A stretch of DNA of 64,000 bases. Source: Massalongia carnosa (Eukaryota). The notes under the pieces are model-generated. The model saw nothing but the letters and a program-made list of their open reading frames with translations, was not told the origin of the DNA and did no database searches. Below are positions 36,573 through 48,380 of the stretch, one piece after another (position 1 is the first letter of the stretch; each line of letters opens with the position of its first letter). A program made the translations under genes and the position numbers. The DNA is taken from assembly GCA_965645245.1 (NCBI GenBank), contig OZ287067.1:682001-746000 (forward strand). The letters are read 5' to 3'.

Positions 36573-38834
36573 CTAATCCCCTCCCTTCCTCACCCTAACC
36601 CCAACAATAAGCGGCTTTCTCTCCCACGTGAACCACGCCCTCGCCTGTGGCTATGCTCGATCCGTCTCCTCGCAATGCTCAAGGTCGAATGCCTACAGCA
36701 CGTACGCGAGAGCGAGAAGGATTTCGGCGGTGGCGAGGCTGGGAGGGTGGAACGGTTTAGCGGGTGCATTTTTTCTATGGATTTGGGGGAAGGGGGATGG
36801 GAGGAGATGGAGAAAAAGGGGGGGAGGGGGTTGGTGGAAAAGGGGGCTGGAGATTGGGGATTGCTGGGGAGGGGGAGGTAGACTAGATATTGTAGCTAAC
36901 TCGAATCGAGAATCGAAAAGGGGAAACCTTTACTTCTTGCATATTGTACAATTCCTAGGCCCAATATTAAATTTTTGCACCACATCTCTCTTATCCGCAC
37001 GGAATAGGGACGCAGGGCCGAGGTGGGGAAGCCTGCGCTCAGGGAAGAAAGCTCCGGGGCGATAGAAGTTTTGGGTGGAGAGGTTCGCAGCGTATTGATT
37101 TATTTGAACGCCGGTCTGTCAAAGAATTTGGGGAGGTAGGGGTTAGTCTCAATATTTTGCCGAGATTCGAGAGATGGAAAGAATGAATCGACGTAGAAGG
37201 AATGAGAAAATGGTTGGTATTTTAGGGCAGGGAGGGGGGAATGGGAGGAAAGAAAGTATAGCTTGGCGATTCGAGGCGGGAATCTAGAAGAGAAATTATT
37301 CTAGAGAGCTTTTTAAAAAGCTTGAGTTGGAGACATTAAAGACCTCTCCGTTCATATTTTCTACACACGTTGCAGCCATGGATACAGTATCCAGCTACAC
37401 GTAAGCAAACAGGCAGCCGACACAACCATAAACATTGAAGAGCGACTGATGCACAAAGACACTAGAGCAGTTCATGCTTCAAGCCGCAGCATTCGAGGTT
37501 GTGAACATAGCGACAAGGGGGTTAATGAAACGGCTGGTCCTAACATGATGTTAATGCGCGGAAAATATGAGTTAAGAATAAGAAATGTTTGGTTAACTCA
37601 CCCCCGGTGGAACCCAGTATCCGCTTAGGGTATTACCTTTCACAGGGGATATCTGAAGCTGTCCAGACGGTGCTGGAGGAAATATTCGAAAAGCCTCGCT
37701 CACAGCCGCTTGGAAACATTCTGGGTTTCCAATTCCGTGCAGATCAATGTCTTGTGCAGAGCCTAGTTGCCTACAGACCTTATCTACGATACGATTGTAG
37801 CAATCCGATTTGGTGAGCAGATGGAAGATTGCAGCGCCGAGAAGAGTGCTGGTGGTCTCACTGCCCGCGGCGATAAAGATTGCCGAGTTCTCGTGCATCT
37901 CCTCGAGTGTCATTTCTCGCCCCGGTTCGTTATTGTGAGCGAGAATGCAACTTATGAAACTAGGGTTTGAAGTTTTAGAATCTAAACCTTGCTCAACTCT
38001 TTCCGCTGCCCATTTGTAATTGTTGATTGTTGCCTATGAGAGCCTTTGAGGAATACAAAACCTAAGTAGATTTTCTAGAGAAGGGAATCGTTTGGTCACG
38101 CTAGTCGTGACAACATTGTGGATTGCGTATTGAAGCCCAAGGATGATATCTGCTGTCCTTCAAGGAATCGAAAGAGACGCTGAAAAAGATATCTCCCATA
38201 ACGTCAAAGGTCAAATAGTTGAACCACAACGATATGTCTGCCTTGCCATGAGCCCGTTCGTGTGCCACTCCTTTGATCTTTTCGATCAAAGTGTTGACAT
38301 AAGATTGAATAAGAGACTCTTGCGCTCGTAAAGCTTTATCCAAAAATGCGTGACCGAGCAGCCAGCGCATGCGGGATTGGTCAGCATCATTGGCAGTTAT
38401 AATACTTTCGATAGTAACATTCAATATCAGGTCCTTTGGGGAAGTTCGCCTGCCCCATTTGACGATGGCCATAAATATCTTTCCACGCCGATGATGAGAT
38501 AAACGAAAGCTCGTGTGGAGAGATCCTTACAACATCACAGGCATAATGTTCGTGCAGCTCCGTTAGCGAGCGGGATAATGTGCCTTGTCATGCAATAAGA
38601 ATTTGAGACGCCGCGGAGATTCTAGAACCTGAAAAATTGGAGAGAGGATGGAAATAAATATTATGATAGATTCTCCCGAGCGCGTGAAGGATCAGCTATG
38701 GTTTGGACGCCAGAATACATCAGCATTGACGCTCACATTATTCGCATTACGTCTCTTACCAAGCCCAGAACAATTCCGACGCTGATAGTCGTGAGGCTTA
38801 AGAAGTCAAGCGCATTCGATGACCTGGAAGCCAT
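36573..38834 (-). pseudogene. Degenerate cytochrome P450 (CYP65/Tri11-like)
   Basis: Recognisable blocks IYFHPLSNF, VVRISPHELSF, WKDIYGH, FNYLTFDVMGDI, FIAAGSETT, EAFR, FFPER, FNIGPRNC and WFTWERKPL, but with in-frame stops (38590-38588, 36695-36693, 36653-36651), a frameshift near 38435 and a damaged heme motif. Confidence 0.85.
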
Positions 38835-39956
38835 GGGTCTCACCTTCGAAGAAGAAGAAGAAAAGGTTCAGGAAAGGCTGGTAGGAGTGTCCCATCCTGG
38901 CCATACTCCCAAAAGTTAGCAGAGCATCGTAGAGTCGGCGAGAACCTGTCGCTATCACTGTATGCGAACAAGTGTTGTAGCCGACGGGCTATCATTGGAT
39001 CTTATGCACGTCGAAACCACACAATAACTGGATGATGATGGATTCAATGCATCCATGCATCAATCTTAGCGCAAAACTAGACGCTCTTCCCTATATACTG
39101 TGTATGGAAGAAAACGTAAGACTAATGAATCACAATCGTTTAGAGGAAAGTATTTGAGAGCTCGACATCTTCGAGATCGGCTCCCAATAGTTAGCGTCTT
39201 AAGGCGCATATAAATACGAAGAGTTTACCGAGTTAAGAACAAAAAGGAAGAAAGGGAAACGTGTTTTAAGGAAATAACTGGATTTCAAGTGCAGCGAACT
39301 CGAAGAGACCTCAAAAGTAGAGGTCTCGTGACTCTCTGTGTTTTCGATTGGGTACCAATGGTAATGGTACAGAGTACCAGTAACTGAGAAACAGAATAGA
39401 AACACAACCAGAAACGTCCCGCCTGCCCCGCACTTGCCCAAACGTTATTTCGCCAATCTCGATCCAATTCCACCCCACAATACGAAGTACTCCGTACTGA
39501 GTATAGAGTATCCTCTTGCTTCACACTCGGGACGGATACATTCCGGGGTACAGAGTATCCATACCTTAGTTCCCCCGGGGAATGCTCGGATTATCAGATT
39601 CGCTCATCGGTTGGGTACCCAGAACAGTGCCCATTGAAAGCAGACCTGTCATAACCAGATGGTAAAGAAGGCTGCAACGTCTTTGTCAAACCGAGGTGAT
39701 TCACTTCAGCTTTTGGAGGTGCAACCCCTGTTACACACGTCGGCATACCCGATAGCTTTCAGCAATGAATCTCTTATAAACCACAATCAAGTCCTGTGTA
39801 GTATAGTAATGAGTTGTGCGTGCGGTGCATTTACCTGGCCATATCGTAAACCAATTATTACAAGAGCGGTCGTGCCCCATTCCACTGACTTCAGCTACAG
39901 ATCACGCGCGACCTTGACCAGCAAAAGAGAGTGCATAGATAGATCCGCTTTGGAGA

Positions 39957-40949
39957 ATGAACAAAACTAACGATAGAAAATCCAAGCCGCTGAGCTCCGG
40001 CGCTACAGTCGCTGACACGCTTGCGCCGCCACTCCCTCCACCGCCGAACCCTTCAGCAGATTCAGGGGTGACCCAAGAGGTGTCTTCACCGTTGGACGAC
40101 CCAGGAGCTCTTTCGAGCGCAGCAGACATCGATGTGTTCAAGATCTCACCCGAGGCGGCCATGAAAATGCTCTGTGAAACTGTTGAGACCTTGGTTCGAA
40201 TCATCGGGGATGTCCCACCGACACCGCCAGTCAGCCTATCAAATACGCCGATAGCTCGTGTTGTGCCAGCAAAGGGGGAGAACAAGGATGGTGGACGGCC
40301 ACGTAGCCGGCAATTGACGATGGCTCTAGAAGGTGTTGATTGCGTACCTCCCAGAGCCAAGACTCCGATTGGCAGCCCCGAAGCCGGCCCTTCAGAGCCT
40401 TTGCACATCATTGGATCAGACATGGATCCGCTCCATTTCCAACACAGTGCAATTTCAAGAAAGTTTTACTCAAAGAAGCCGCCTCCGATACCCTTAGAAG
40501 AATATCTATCACGACTTCATCGATACTGCCCCATGTCACCGGCAGTATACCTGGCAACAAGTCTCTATATATATCGATTAGCCGTGGTAGAAAGGATCAT
40601 CGCCGTCACCGCACGCAACGTCCACCGATTGCTTCTAGCAGGTCTTCGGGTTGCGATGAAGGCATTGGAGGACATCAGCTACCCTCACCGGCGGTTTGCA
40701 AAGGTTGGTGGAGTTGAAGAAGCAGAGTTAGGAAGGCTGGAAATAAGCTTCTGCTTCGTGATGAATTTTGAGCTCAAGGTGGACAAAGAGATGCTTTTGA
40801 AGCACGTAAAGACGATCCGAAACGGCATTTTCCTCCACACGCTTCCAGTTGGGTTCGAGCCAATATTACCTCCATTGAACGACAAACATAAGCGTAGCCT
40901 TACATTGCCATTGAGAGAGATCGCACGGGAAGCTCATGCGGCTGCATGA
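39957..40949 (+). CDS. PCL7: Pho85 cyclin of the Pho80/Pcl6/Pcl7 type
   Basis: Cyclin box FYSKKPPPIPLEEYLSRLHRYCPMSPAVYLA...NVHRLLLAGLRVAMKALED...FAKVGGV...LEISFCF; exact paralog assignment uncertain. Confidence 0.85.
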   Translation: MNKTNDRKSKPLSSGATVADTLAPPLPPPPNPSADSGVTQEVSSPLDDPGALSSAADIDVFKISPEAAMKMLCETVETLVRIIGDVPPTPPVSLSNTPIARVVPAKGENKDGGRPRSRQLTMALEGVDCVPPRAKTPIGSPEAGPSEPLHIIGSDMDPLHFQHSAISRKFYSKKPPPIPLEEYLSRLHRYCPMSPAVYLATSLYIYRLAVVERIIAVTARNVHRLLLAGLRVAMKALEDISYPHRRFAKVGGVEEAELGRLEISFCFVMNFELKVDKEMLLKHVKTIRNGIFLHTLPVGFEPILPPLNDKHKRSLTLPLREIAREAHAAA

Positions 40950-41536
40950 AATCAAAGGGAGAACCAATAAATTCAGCTGGGTTAGGAGAGGGTTTTTGTG
41001 TATTATGTTGAACGTTATTTGGTTATTAGGGTCAAAGAGTACATAGCAAAGCCGCAGCAAAGGTCACAGCGATCGGACTGTTAAGGAAAGTGAGTGTACT
41101 AGTAGATAGGAGTTAGTTGATCGAAGCTAGCGCTGAGTGTTGGAGGAGGAAATAGACTGTAGCATTCTTTACACGCCGCAATTCAGAAGCATCTTAACTG
41201 TCGTAGAATTTGTCCTTCAACCATGGGATAGACTAGATATGAATGTTGTTGGATACAGGCCTTTTGGCGTGCGTGTAGAGGTAAACAAAATAACGCTAAG
41301 CTTATGATACTTCGTTTCGATTGGTTACAGCGTACTCTGTACCCTATACATGTTTCTGATTGGCTGACTGGTTTTCCTGCTCTCATAAGGGTTGTGGGAG
41401 CTTCTTTGAAGTCTTCCTCAATCATCAACTCTGGAAAAAGCCTGTCTTGTTTGGTCTTGTTATTTGACTGCGCCAGCGTACCTGGCTGATTCCGACCCTT
41501 TACCACACTCATTTGTCTGAATACAAACAAACAGTT

Positions 41537-42509
41537 ATGCTAGGCTTGTTTCTCTCTCTTCTGACAGCATTGGTCCCTTTTGCCCTTGCTGATGTCGAGT
41601 TTGTCACGCCGGCAGCCGGTAATTCGATTGCAGGAGGGGGAAAGGCGATCTCAGTGACGTGGAAAGAATCGGGTATCGACCCGCCGATATCCTCCTTCAC
41701 GGGGTATACTGTATTTCTTTGTGCTGGGGGGAATGAGGAGGAAAGTCAGGTATGGAATAAACCCAGGGCCGGAATACGGCTAGGTGATGGAATTTTATGG
41801 GCACTTAATGAGTTTACGAATTAATAGATATATGTTCAACTGGGCATTCCAGGCACTTTCAGCGTCGGCAATACCGCCTCGGGAACGGTGCCTGCGGCGT
41901 GGGGAGACAGCATAACCAATGCATAGTATGCCAATCCCACCATTAACACCATCACCGGATACTAACGAGGCTTGGTCATGTCAGCTTTCTCAAGATTATC
42001 TCTAGCACCGCTGGTGGGACAGTGACGAACTACTCGCCTCGCTTTTCCTTGACTGGCATGACTGGTACCTTTCCCCCCAACGTTGAGGCTGGCATCAAGA
42101 AAGTGAAGGGAACCACGAGTCCTCCAACCGCGAAAGACCTGGCCAACAGTCCTGACGCCGGCGCGCCTGATCCCGTAGCTCCTGATTCCTCGTACGCAAT
42201 CCCTTTCCTGTCCCAAACAGGTACCATCATGTACGCGCCTATGCAAGGACGGCCGGGGACCAAGATTACGGCAAAGTCTATCAGCCCAGCATATCCAACG
42301 AGCTCAGTGAAGATTGCCACAACTCATCTGCCACCCCCCAAACAAATCACAACCCATACCCTAAGTATGACAATAAGCACATCGAGTCGGGAAAATACTG
42401 TACATAACCTTACCAGCACCAAGACTTTGGCTAACAGTATACGCAGGCTGCTCCAGCGTCTCAACCTACGGATGATATGCAGAAATATCTAGCTCGTTGG
42501 AGGGATTGA
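41537..42509 (+). CDS. KRE9: Beta-1,6-glucan synthesis protein KRE9/KNH1, 4 exons
   Basis: Signal peptide then ADVEFVTPAAG, FLCAGGN, NYSPRFSLTGMTG, QTGTIMYAPMQ and C-terminal DMQKYLARWRD. Confidence 0.92.
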
Positions 42510-42864
42510 AAGATACGGCTCTTTGTTTTATCGACTCTTGATGGTGATTCAGCGCGCGTTTAACTGAGACATGGTGTACGTATCTATATACTAAGGCGCA
42601 GATGTCGTGCATATGGGTATGGTGTTCACAGAAATGGAAGTTACTAAGAACATAAGGTCATGGAAATGACAATGCATGTACTTATTTAGTAAATGCTGCC
42701 TCAGTCGACCGCTTGGAGCATACTTTGCGCTTGCCTCCTTACCCTGAGCATGCAAATAAACTGCTTTTTCCTTTGCAATCAACCCTTTCCATACTCCGTT
42801 ATACTCATTCGAGGAGCTTCTCCCTCTCTTGGCAATACCAATTGCCCAATAGACGACAGCGGCA

Positions 42865-44440
42865 ATGGAACCCATCGACTCGGTGCTCTTGGGCAAGTAC
42901 CCCGCCAAAGCTCATGCTGCAAAGGTCGCTTCCGACTTGCTCTCCCTCAACCCCGCTTTCGCTTCAGCAACCATCTACCTCGAAGGTCAAAAAACCCGCC
43001 TGCTGGAAGACAATGATGAACCTCAGCCATTCCGGTATCAAAACTCTCCTTCCCCATTGCATCCGTCTCAAGCTGACGTCTCTCTTACAGCCAGCGCCGG
43101 AACTTCTTTTATATTTCCGGTTGCGCTATCCCAGACTGCCATCTTACATACCACATCCCTACCTCGCAACTCACCCTCTTCATCCCACCAATTCAACCAG
43201 AATCCGTCATCTGGTCCGGTCTACCGCTCTTGCCCCCTGAAGCCCTTGCCAAATACGACGTCGATTCCGTCCTAACCTATACCTCCCTTTCCTTGCATCT
43301 CGACGCTCTCGCACAACAACCCGAATCCTATCTCCTCGCCATTTCCAACCAAATCTCTTCATCCATCGCGAAGCTAAGTCTTGACGTCTTCAAAACCATA
43401 GACCTCGACTTCCTCCATAGAGCTATCGATATTTGTCGTGTCATCAAAGATTCCTATGAAATCGCTTCTGTTCGTCATGCTAACCGAGTCACAACGGCGG
43501 CTCACATCGCCGTGCTGGGCGCTCTGAAGAGCGTCTCGAATGAACGACAGCTAGAAGCAATTTTTATAGAACGCTGTGTTGCTCTCGGCTGCAAGGAACA
43601 AGCCTATCACGGGATATTCGGCGCCGGGCCTAATGCTGCAACCCTTCATTACGTACACAACGACCAAAACCTAAAAGGGAAATGGAACATGCTGGTAGAC
43701 GCGGCGGCGGAATGGAATTGCTACTGCGCAGACGTCACGAGAACGATGCCCCTGTCCGGGGTTTTCAACCAGCAAAGCAAGGCCATTTATGAAGCAGTGC
43801 TAAAGATGCAAAACGAGTGCCTTGCAATGGTGAAAGCTGGAGTCCGATGGGAAGATGTGCACGTGAAAGCCCACTACGTTGCCATTGACTCCCTCCTGAA
43901 ACTCGGAATCTTCAAGGCCGGGAACACCAAAGAGGATATTTTCGAGCAAGGCACTAGTCTAGCCTTTTTTCCGCACGGCCTTGGGCATTACCTAGGCATG
44001 GACACGCACGACACAGGTGGGAAGCCGCCGGCGCAGGAGGTCGATTCAGATGCGGAGAAAGATCCCGAGTTTCGGTATTTACGCGTGCGGGGCATGTTGC
44101 CGGCCGGATGCATCGTGACCGTTGAGCCGGGCATTTACTTCTGCCGGTTTATTATTAAGCCGTATCTGGAAAAGACCGAACACAAAAGGTTTATCGATGA
44201 GGCGGTTTTGGAAAGATATTGGGCTGTGGGCGGGGTGAGGATTGAAGGTACGTTCTTTGTTCATCCTCTTTCCTATTCGAATAGCCCATGAAATTTGTTT
44301 GAATGAGCGGCTGTAGCTGACTTTGACCGGTTTTTCCTGCATTGCGTACAGATGATATCCTCGTCACTCAAGACGGGTATGAGAATCTAACGTCAGCGCC
44401 CAAGGAGATTGTGGAAATGGAGGCCATCATCAATGCCTAA
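42865..44440 (+). CDS. pepP: Xaa-Pro aminopeptidase / prolidase (M24B), 3 exons
   Basis: KYPAKAHA, PFR|QRRNFFY, TLHY, DAAAEWNCYCADVTRT, FPHGLGHYLGMDTHD, TVEPGIYF, GGVRIE|DD. Confidence 0.93.
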
Positions 44441-44758
44441 CTCGCTCTCTAGTTAGATAGGTAGCTGCGCTTCGTGGACGTCAAGGCGTAGGGTGGGTAT
44501 TAAGGTTCGGCAACTTTAGGATTGATCGGGTTTGATAGATGAATGAAACACAGGAACGTGAATTTGGAAAGATGGGAGTATTTGATGGGGAAAGGGGGGT
44601 TTTAATGGTATTGCAGAATAGGACAAGAACTTCTATGCATGGTTTGGTTCAGGAATAGAGGTAAATAGAACGCTAGGATCATTCCAATGAGCTCAGTTAA
44701 CCCTATCTAAATCCTTCATTCCAGTCGTCACTATCTCCCTCACCTTCCCTCCCTCGTC

Positions 44759-46843
44759 TCATGACCCTTTCACTCCTCCTCTAACTCCAGCAACCCCCCT
44801 CTCCACTCCCCCGATCCCCTCCCTCACCCCAGGGCAAAAATGCAACCGTAACAACTCACCCTCCCAAACCGTGCTCGCGAACGGATTGCTCCCCTCCGGA
44901 TCCCCGGTCCCCGCTGCATCGAACACGCCATCCCCCCTCCTCTCCTCCGTATCCCACAACGCGCCTAATTTCCGGCCATGCGTCTTGGTCACCGTCGCCA
45001 AGAGCGCTAGCAGCGCCGTGGCGGGCTTCTCAGGCAGGTGCAAGGCGGTGGTCAGAAGGCGCTTAGTGAACGCGGCGAGGCGGAGAGGAGGGGTAGGGCG
45101 CGGGGTGAGGGTAGCGGAGAGAGCGCGGAGGAGGAGGGCGGGGGTGGTGCGAAGGTTGATTTTGGTTTCGGGAGTGGGGTGGGGGGAAGGGGGATTCGAG
45201 TGGCAATGAGGGTCTGGAAGACGGAGGGGCCGTTTGGCATGGAGATCTAGGTCGGGGGCTAGGGCTAGGGCGAGGAGGGAGCGGTAGAGATGGGTGGTGA
45301 AGAATGTCAAGTCAAGATTCAAGGCCGAAGCGGCGCGGGACGCATCCTGGCCGGCGAGCAGGGCAAAGGCGGTCGTGATGCAGAGGAGAGAGGAGCGAGT
45401 GGCGGTTGAGGAGAGGAACGGATGCGGGGGCGAGCCGTCCACGCTTTCTTCTTCTTCCTCTTCTTCGACATCGGCGTCCGAGGCGACGTCGGCGGACGTG
45501 ATGAGGTCTTTCAGCGCTTCGAGCAAATCGCCGAAAAAGTCCTGGTTGATGAGATGCGCATATTTGGCCAGACCTTCCAGCACAGCGCCTTGCAGGCTCG
45601 GGGTCCGCACTTTCAGGATACGGAAATAGGTGACAAAGACAAGTTTCAGCGATTCGGCTTGCATGCGGTCGCGTTCTTCGTGGCTGACGATGGCGTCCGC
45701 TTCTTGAAACTCTTTTTCGACCGCTTTATGCTGCTTTAGCTGCTTGCGTTGCTTCTTGGTGCGGAATTCCCGTTTGACTTTGGGTTTGGGGCCGTTGGGC
45801 CCGATAGGCTTGTCAATTTGGGTTTGGGAGGCTTTGGAGGAGAACTCGGAGAGGAGGCGGAGGTGCAAGAAGGTGTTGAGGACGCTTTCGTCAACGCGAT
45901 AATTGCGGGCTTTCATCATTTTCGAGAGGATGGTGACTGCGTCTAGTGAGGCGTGACCTCCTTCATCATCGTGAAATAGCGTCTCGATCGCTTCACTGCA
46001 CTTGATGAAGCCTGCGTCGACCTTTTTGCTACTGAGCTTGTTGACTAGTATTTTTAGGAGCTCGCCACGGAAATTGAAATGAGGGACCGCTAGAAGGAGA
46101 GCGCATGCACAAGAAATCGCAACGTCCGCTACTGGGACCGTTCCTCCTATCCTGTCTCCGCCACTGGATTTCCCATACTTCGTTAGATCCTTGATGTAAG
46201 TCTGATAAGAGCTTACTAGGGCTTGTTCAAAGGTTCTCAGGCGCCGTACATCCTTCGAGAGCTTCTCGCCCATGTCTAATTTCGCAATTGGGCGGATTCG
46301 ATATCCCGGTATGATATCTTTGAACACGGCCAGCTGCGTGACCAAGGCGAGCTTCTTGATAATCGGATTCGTCGATGCTGTGATTTGCGCCAGTGTGCGG
46401 AGTGCACCTGCATGCTCTTCTGGGTTTTCGTTGATCAGACCAGCTATTCTAGCCAATTCCTCTTTTGCCTCTCTAATTTGCTGTTGAACTGGGATTTCCG
46501 GTTTATCCTCCTGGATCACGGCGGGCGCGAGTGTTTCCTCCTCCAGATCATTGCCCTTTTCGGAATCTAGCCAGCTTTCCTGATCCTCATTTTTGACATC
46601 TAACACGGGGAGCTGCTCAACCCGACCCTCAGCTGTTTTGATCGGAAGCCTAGTACTCTCCTTCTCTTTCCTCTTCTGTTTTCGCGGGCGCTGTTCATAG
46701 TCCTGCTCCAGATTCCAGCGAGCGGCATTGGTGAAGAAATCATTCGAGTCTCGTTCATCAACAAGGGTGGATGGAGATGACTCGTCCTCTGCAAGATTTG
46801 GAGGTGATAATCGCCGGCGTTTTAGAGCTGGTGCTATGGTCAT
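44759..46843 (-). CDS. NOC3: Nucleolar complex-associated protein 3
   Basis: RLPIKTAEG, VFKDIIPGYRIR, PHFNFR, VLEGLAKYAHLINQDFFGDLL (CBF/Mak21 region). Confidence 0.95.
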   Translation of the reverse strand: MTIAPALKRRRLSPPNLAEDESSPSTLVDERDSNDFFTNAARWNLEQDYEQRPRKQKRKEKESTRLPIKTAEGRVEQLPVLDVKNEDQESWLDSEKGNDLEEETLAPAVIQEDKPEIPVQQQIREAKEELARIAGLINENPEEHAGALRTLAQITASTNPIIKKLALVTQLAVFKDIIPGYRIRPIAKLDMGEKLSKDVRRLRTFEQALVSSYQTYIKDLTKYGKSSGGDRIGGTVPVADVAISCACALLLAVPHFNFRGELLKILVNKLSSKKVDAGFIKCSEAIETLFHDDEGGHASLDAVTILSKMMKARNYRVDESVLNTFLHLRLLSEFSSKASQTQIDKPIGPNGPKPKVKREFRTKKQRKQLKQHKAVEKEFQEADAIVSHEERDRMQAESLKLVFVTYFRILKVRTPSLQGAVLEGLAKYAHLINQDFFGDLLEALKDLITSADVASDADVEEEEEEESVDGSPPHPFLSSTATRSSLLCITTAFALLAGQDASRAASALNLDLTFFTTHLYRSLLALALAPDLDLHAKRPLRLPDPHCHSNPPSPHPTPETKINLRTTPALLLRALSATLTPRPTPPLRLAAFTKRLLTTALHLPEKPATALLALLATVTKTHGRKLGALWDTEERRGDGVFDAAGTGDPEGSNPFASTVWEGELLRLHFCPGVREGIGGVERGVAGVRGGVKGS

Positions 46844-47029
46844 GGTTGAGACTTTGTCCTCTCATAGCTGGTGGTTGGTGGGTAAAGTTTTCATAGCGAG
46901 CGCTTTGCGGGGAGATCTCCCCGAAGAATTGCCGAGGCCTTGCGGAAAAATACATCCCACATTCATTTTCTCGGTCACAAACCCGAACTCTTTCTAATTC
47001 CTTATAGTACCCAATTCACTCAGTCTACC

Positions 47030-47817
47030 ATGCGTCCTCTCACCGAATCCGAAACCCAAACCCTCTTTACAAAACTCGCCAACTACACCGGCCGCTCCCT
47101 GACTCACCTTATCGCTCCCCCCCCCCACACCTCCTCTTCCGCCTCCACCCGCTATGTCTTCCGCCTGCACGCCTCGCGCGTCTACTATATGCCGCTCTCG
47201 CTTGCCAATCTTGCCACCGCAATCGCGCGCCCTAACCTCCTCTCCTTGGGAACATGCCTGGGCAAATTCACCAAGACGGGCAAGTTCCGGCTGCACGTGA
47301 CGGCGCTGGACGTGATCGCGCCGCACGCGCGCTACAAGGTGTGGGTGAAGGCGAACGGGGAGATGCCTTTTCTATACGGGGGTAATGTGGTGAAGGCGCA
47401 TGTGGGGCGGTGGAGCGAGGATTGCCCAGAGCATCAGGGAGTGGTGGTGTATAATATGAACGATACGCCGTTGGTGAGTTCCTTGAGGGTTTCCTAATTT
47501 TGTGAGAGAGGGGGAGGTCCTCTTGAGGGTAGGCTTTGTTTGGGAGGTTCAAGGATGCAAGGACAAAGAGACACGACTAAGCTCTTTATACCGATTCGTA
47601 CCTCTTTAGGGATTCGGAGTCACAGCAAGATCAACTGCAGAGGCGCGAAGGCTAGATCCTACCGGAATCGCGACTTTCCGCCAAGCGGATATCGGGGAAT
47701 ATCTTCGCGATGTAAGCTTTTTAGAAGAATTCTCGATTTCTTTAGGGGGCGGCTGTGGGCGAAGAAATTGGGTTGCTGCTAACTGGATACCAGGAGGATA
47801 CTTTGTTCACCACGTAG
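47030..47817 (+). CDS. NIP7: 60S ribosome biogenesis protein NIP7, 3 exons
   Basis: [76 protein letters not shown]. Confidence 0.96.
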
Positions 47818-48380
47818 TACGGAGCAAAAGCGAAAGCATGAAATAAATTCTCAAGTTGCTTTCTCAAACTATATTCCTAGTCCTACTAACCTCGCCCCTC
47901 TCCACACTCCTTCAACCCCAATCCTTACTTTCCTGCCCTCTCCCTCCCGCTCCCTAAAACTTAGAATCTTCCTCGAAACCCCGCTCCTTTAGGCCCCTAA
48001 TGCTCTCTTTCCTGCTCTACAATCCTTTTTCAAGATCCCACTCACAATTTCTCAACCAATTTCTCAACCAATTTCGCAAGGAGGGTATTAAGGGAAGAGG
48101 GTGGTTCTAATGGAAAATCATGGTGACAGCTAGGATGGGGATCAATTAGTAGACACTTAAGGGGGGTGGGTCCATAGAGAGGTCCGAGGACTTTCGAAGA
48201 GCTCATACCGGGCCGGATTATATGTAAAGAATCATATTCGCTCAGGCAAAACGGCATCAGTAGAGAGCGTGGAGGGAGAAGGAAAGCTTTCTGAAAGCTC
48301 ACACGTAACCGCAATTGAAACAAATGCTGGTTTGAGGTTGAAAACGGTGCTGCGGAAAAAGCCATCATCCTCCTCCTTGT

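Noticed and set aside
48049..48076. Short tandem duplication TTTCTCAACCAA x2
   Set aside because: Two copies with no spacer; simple slippage, not CRISPR-like.
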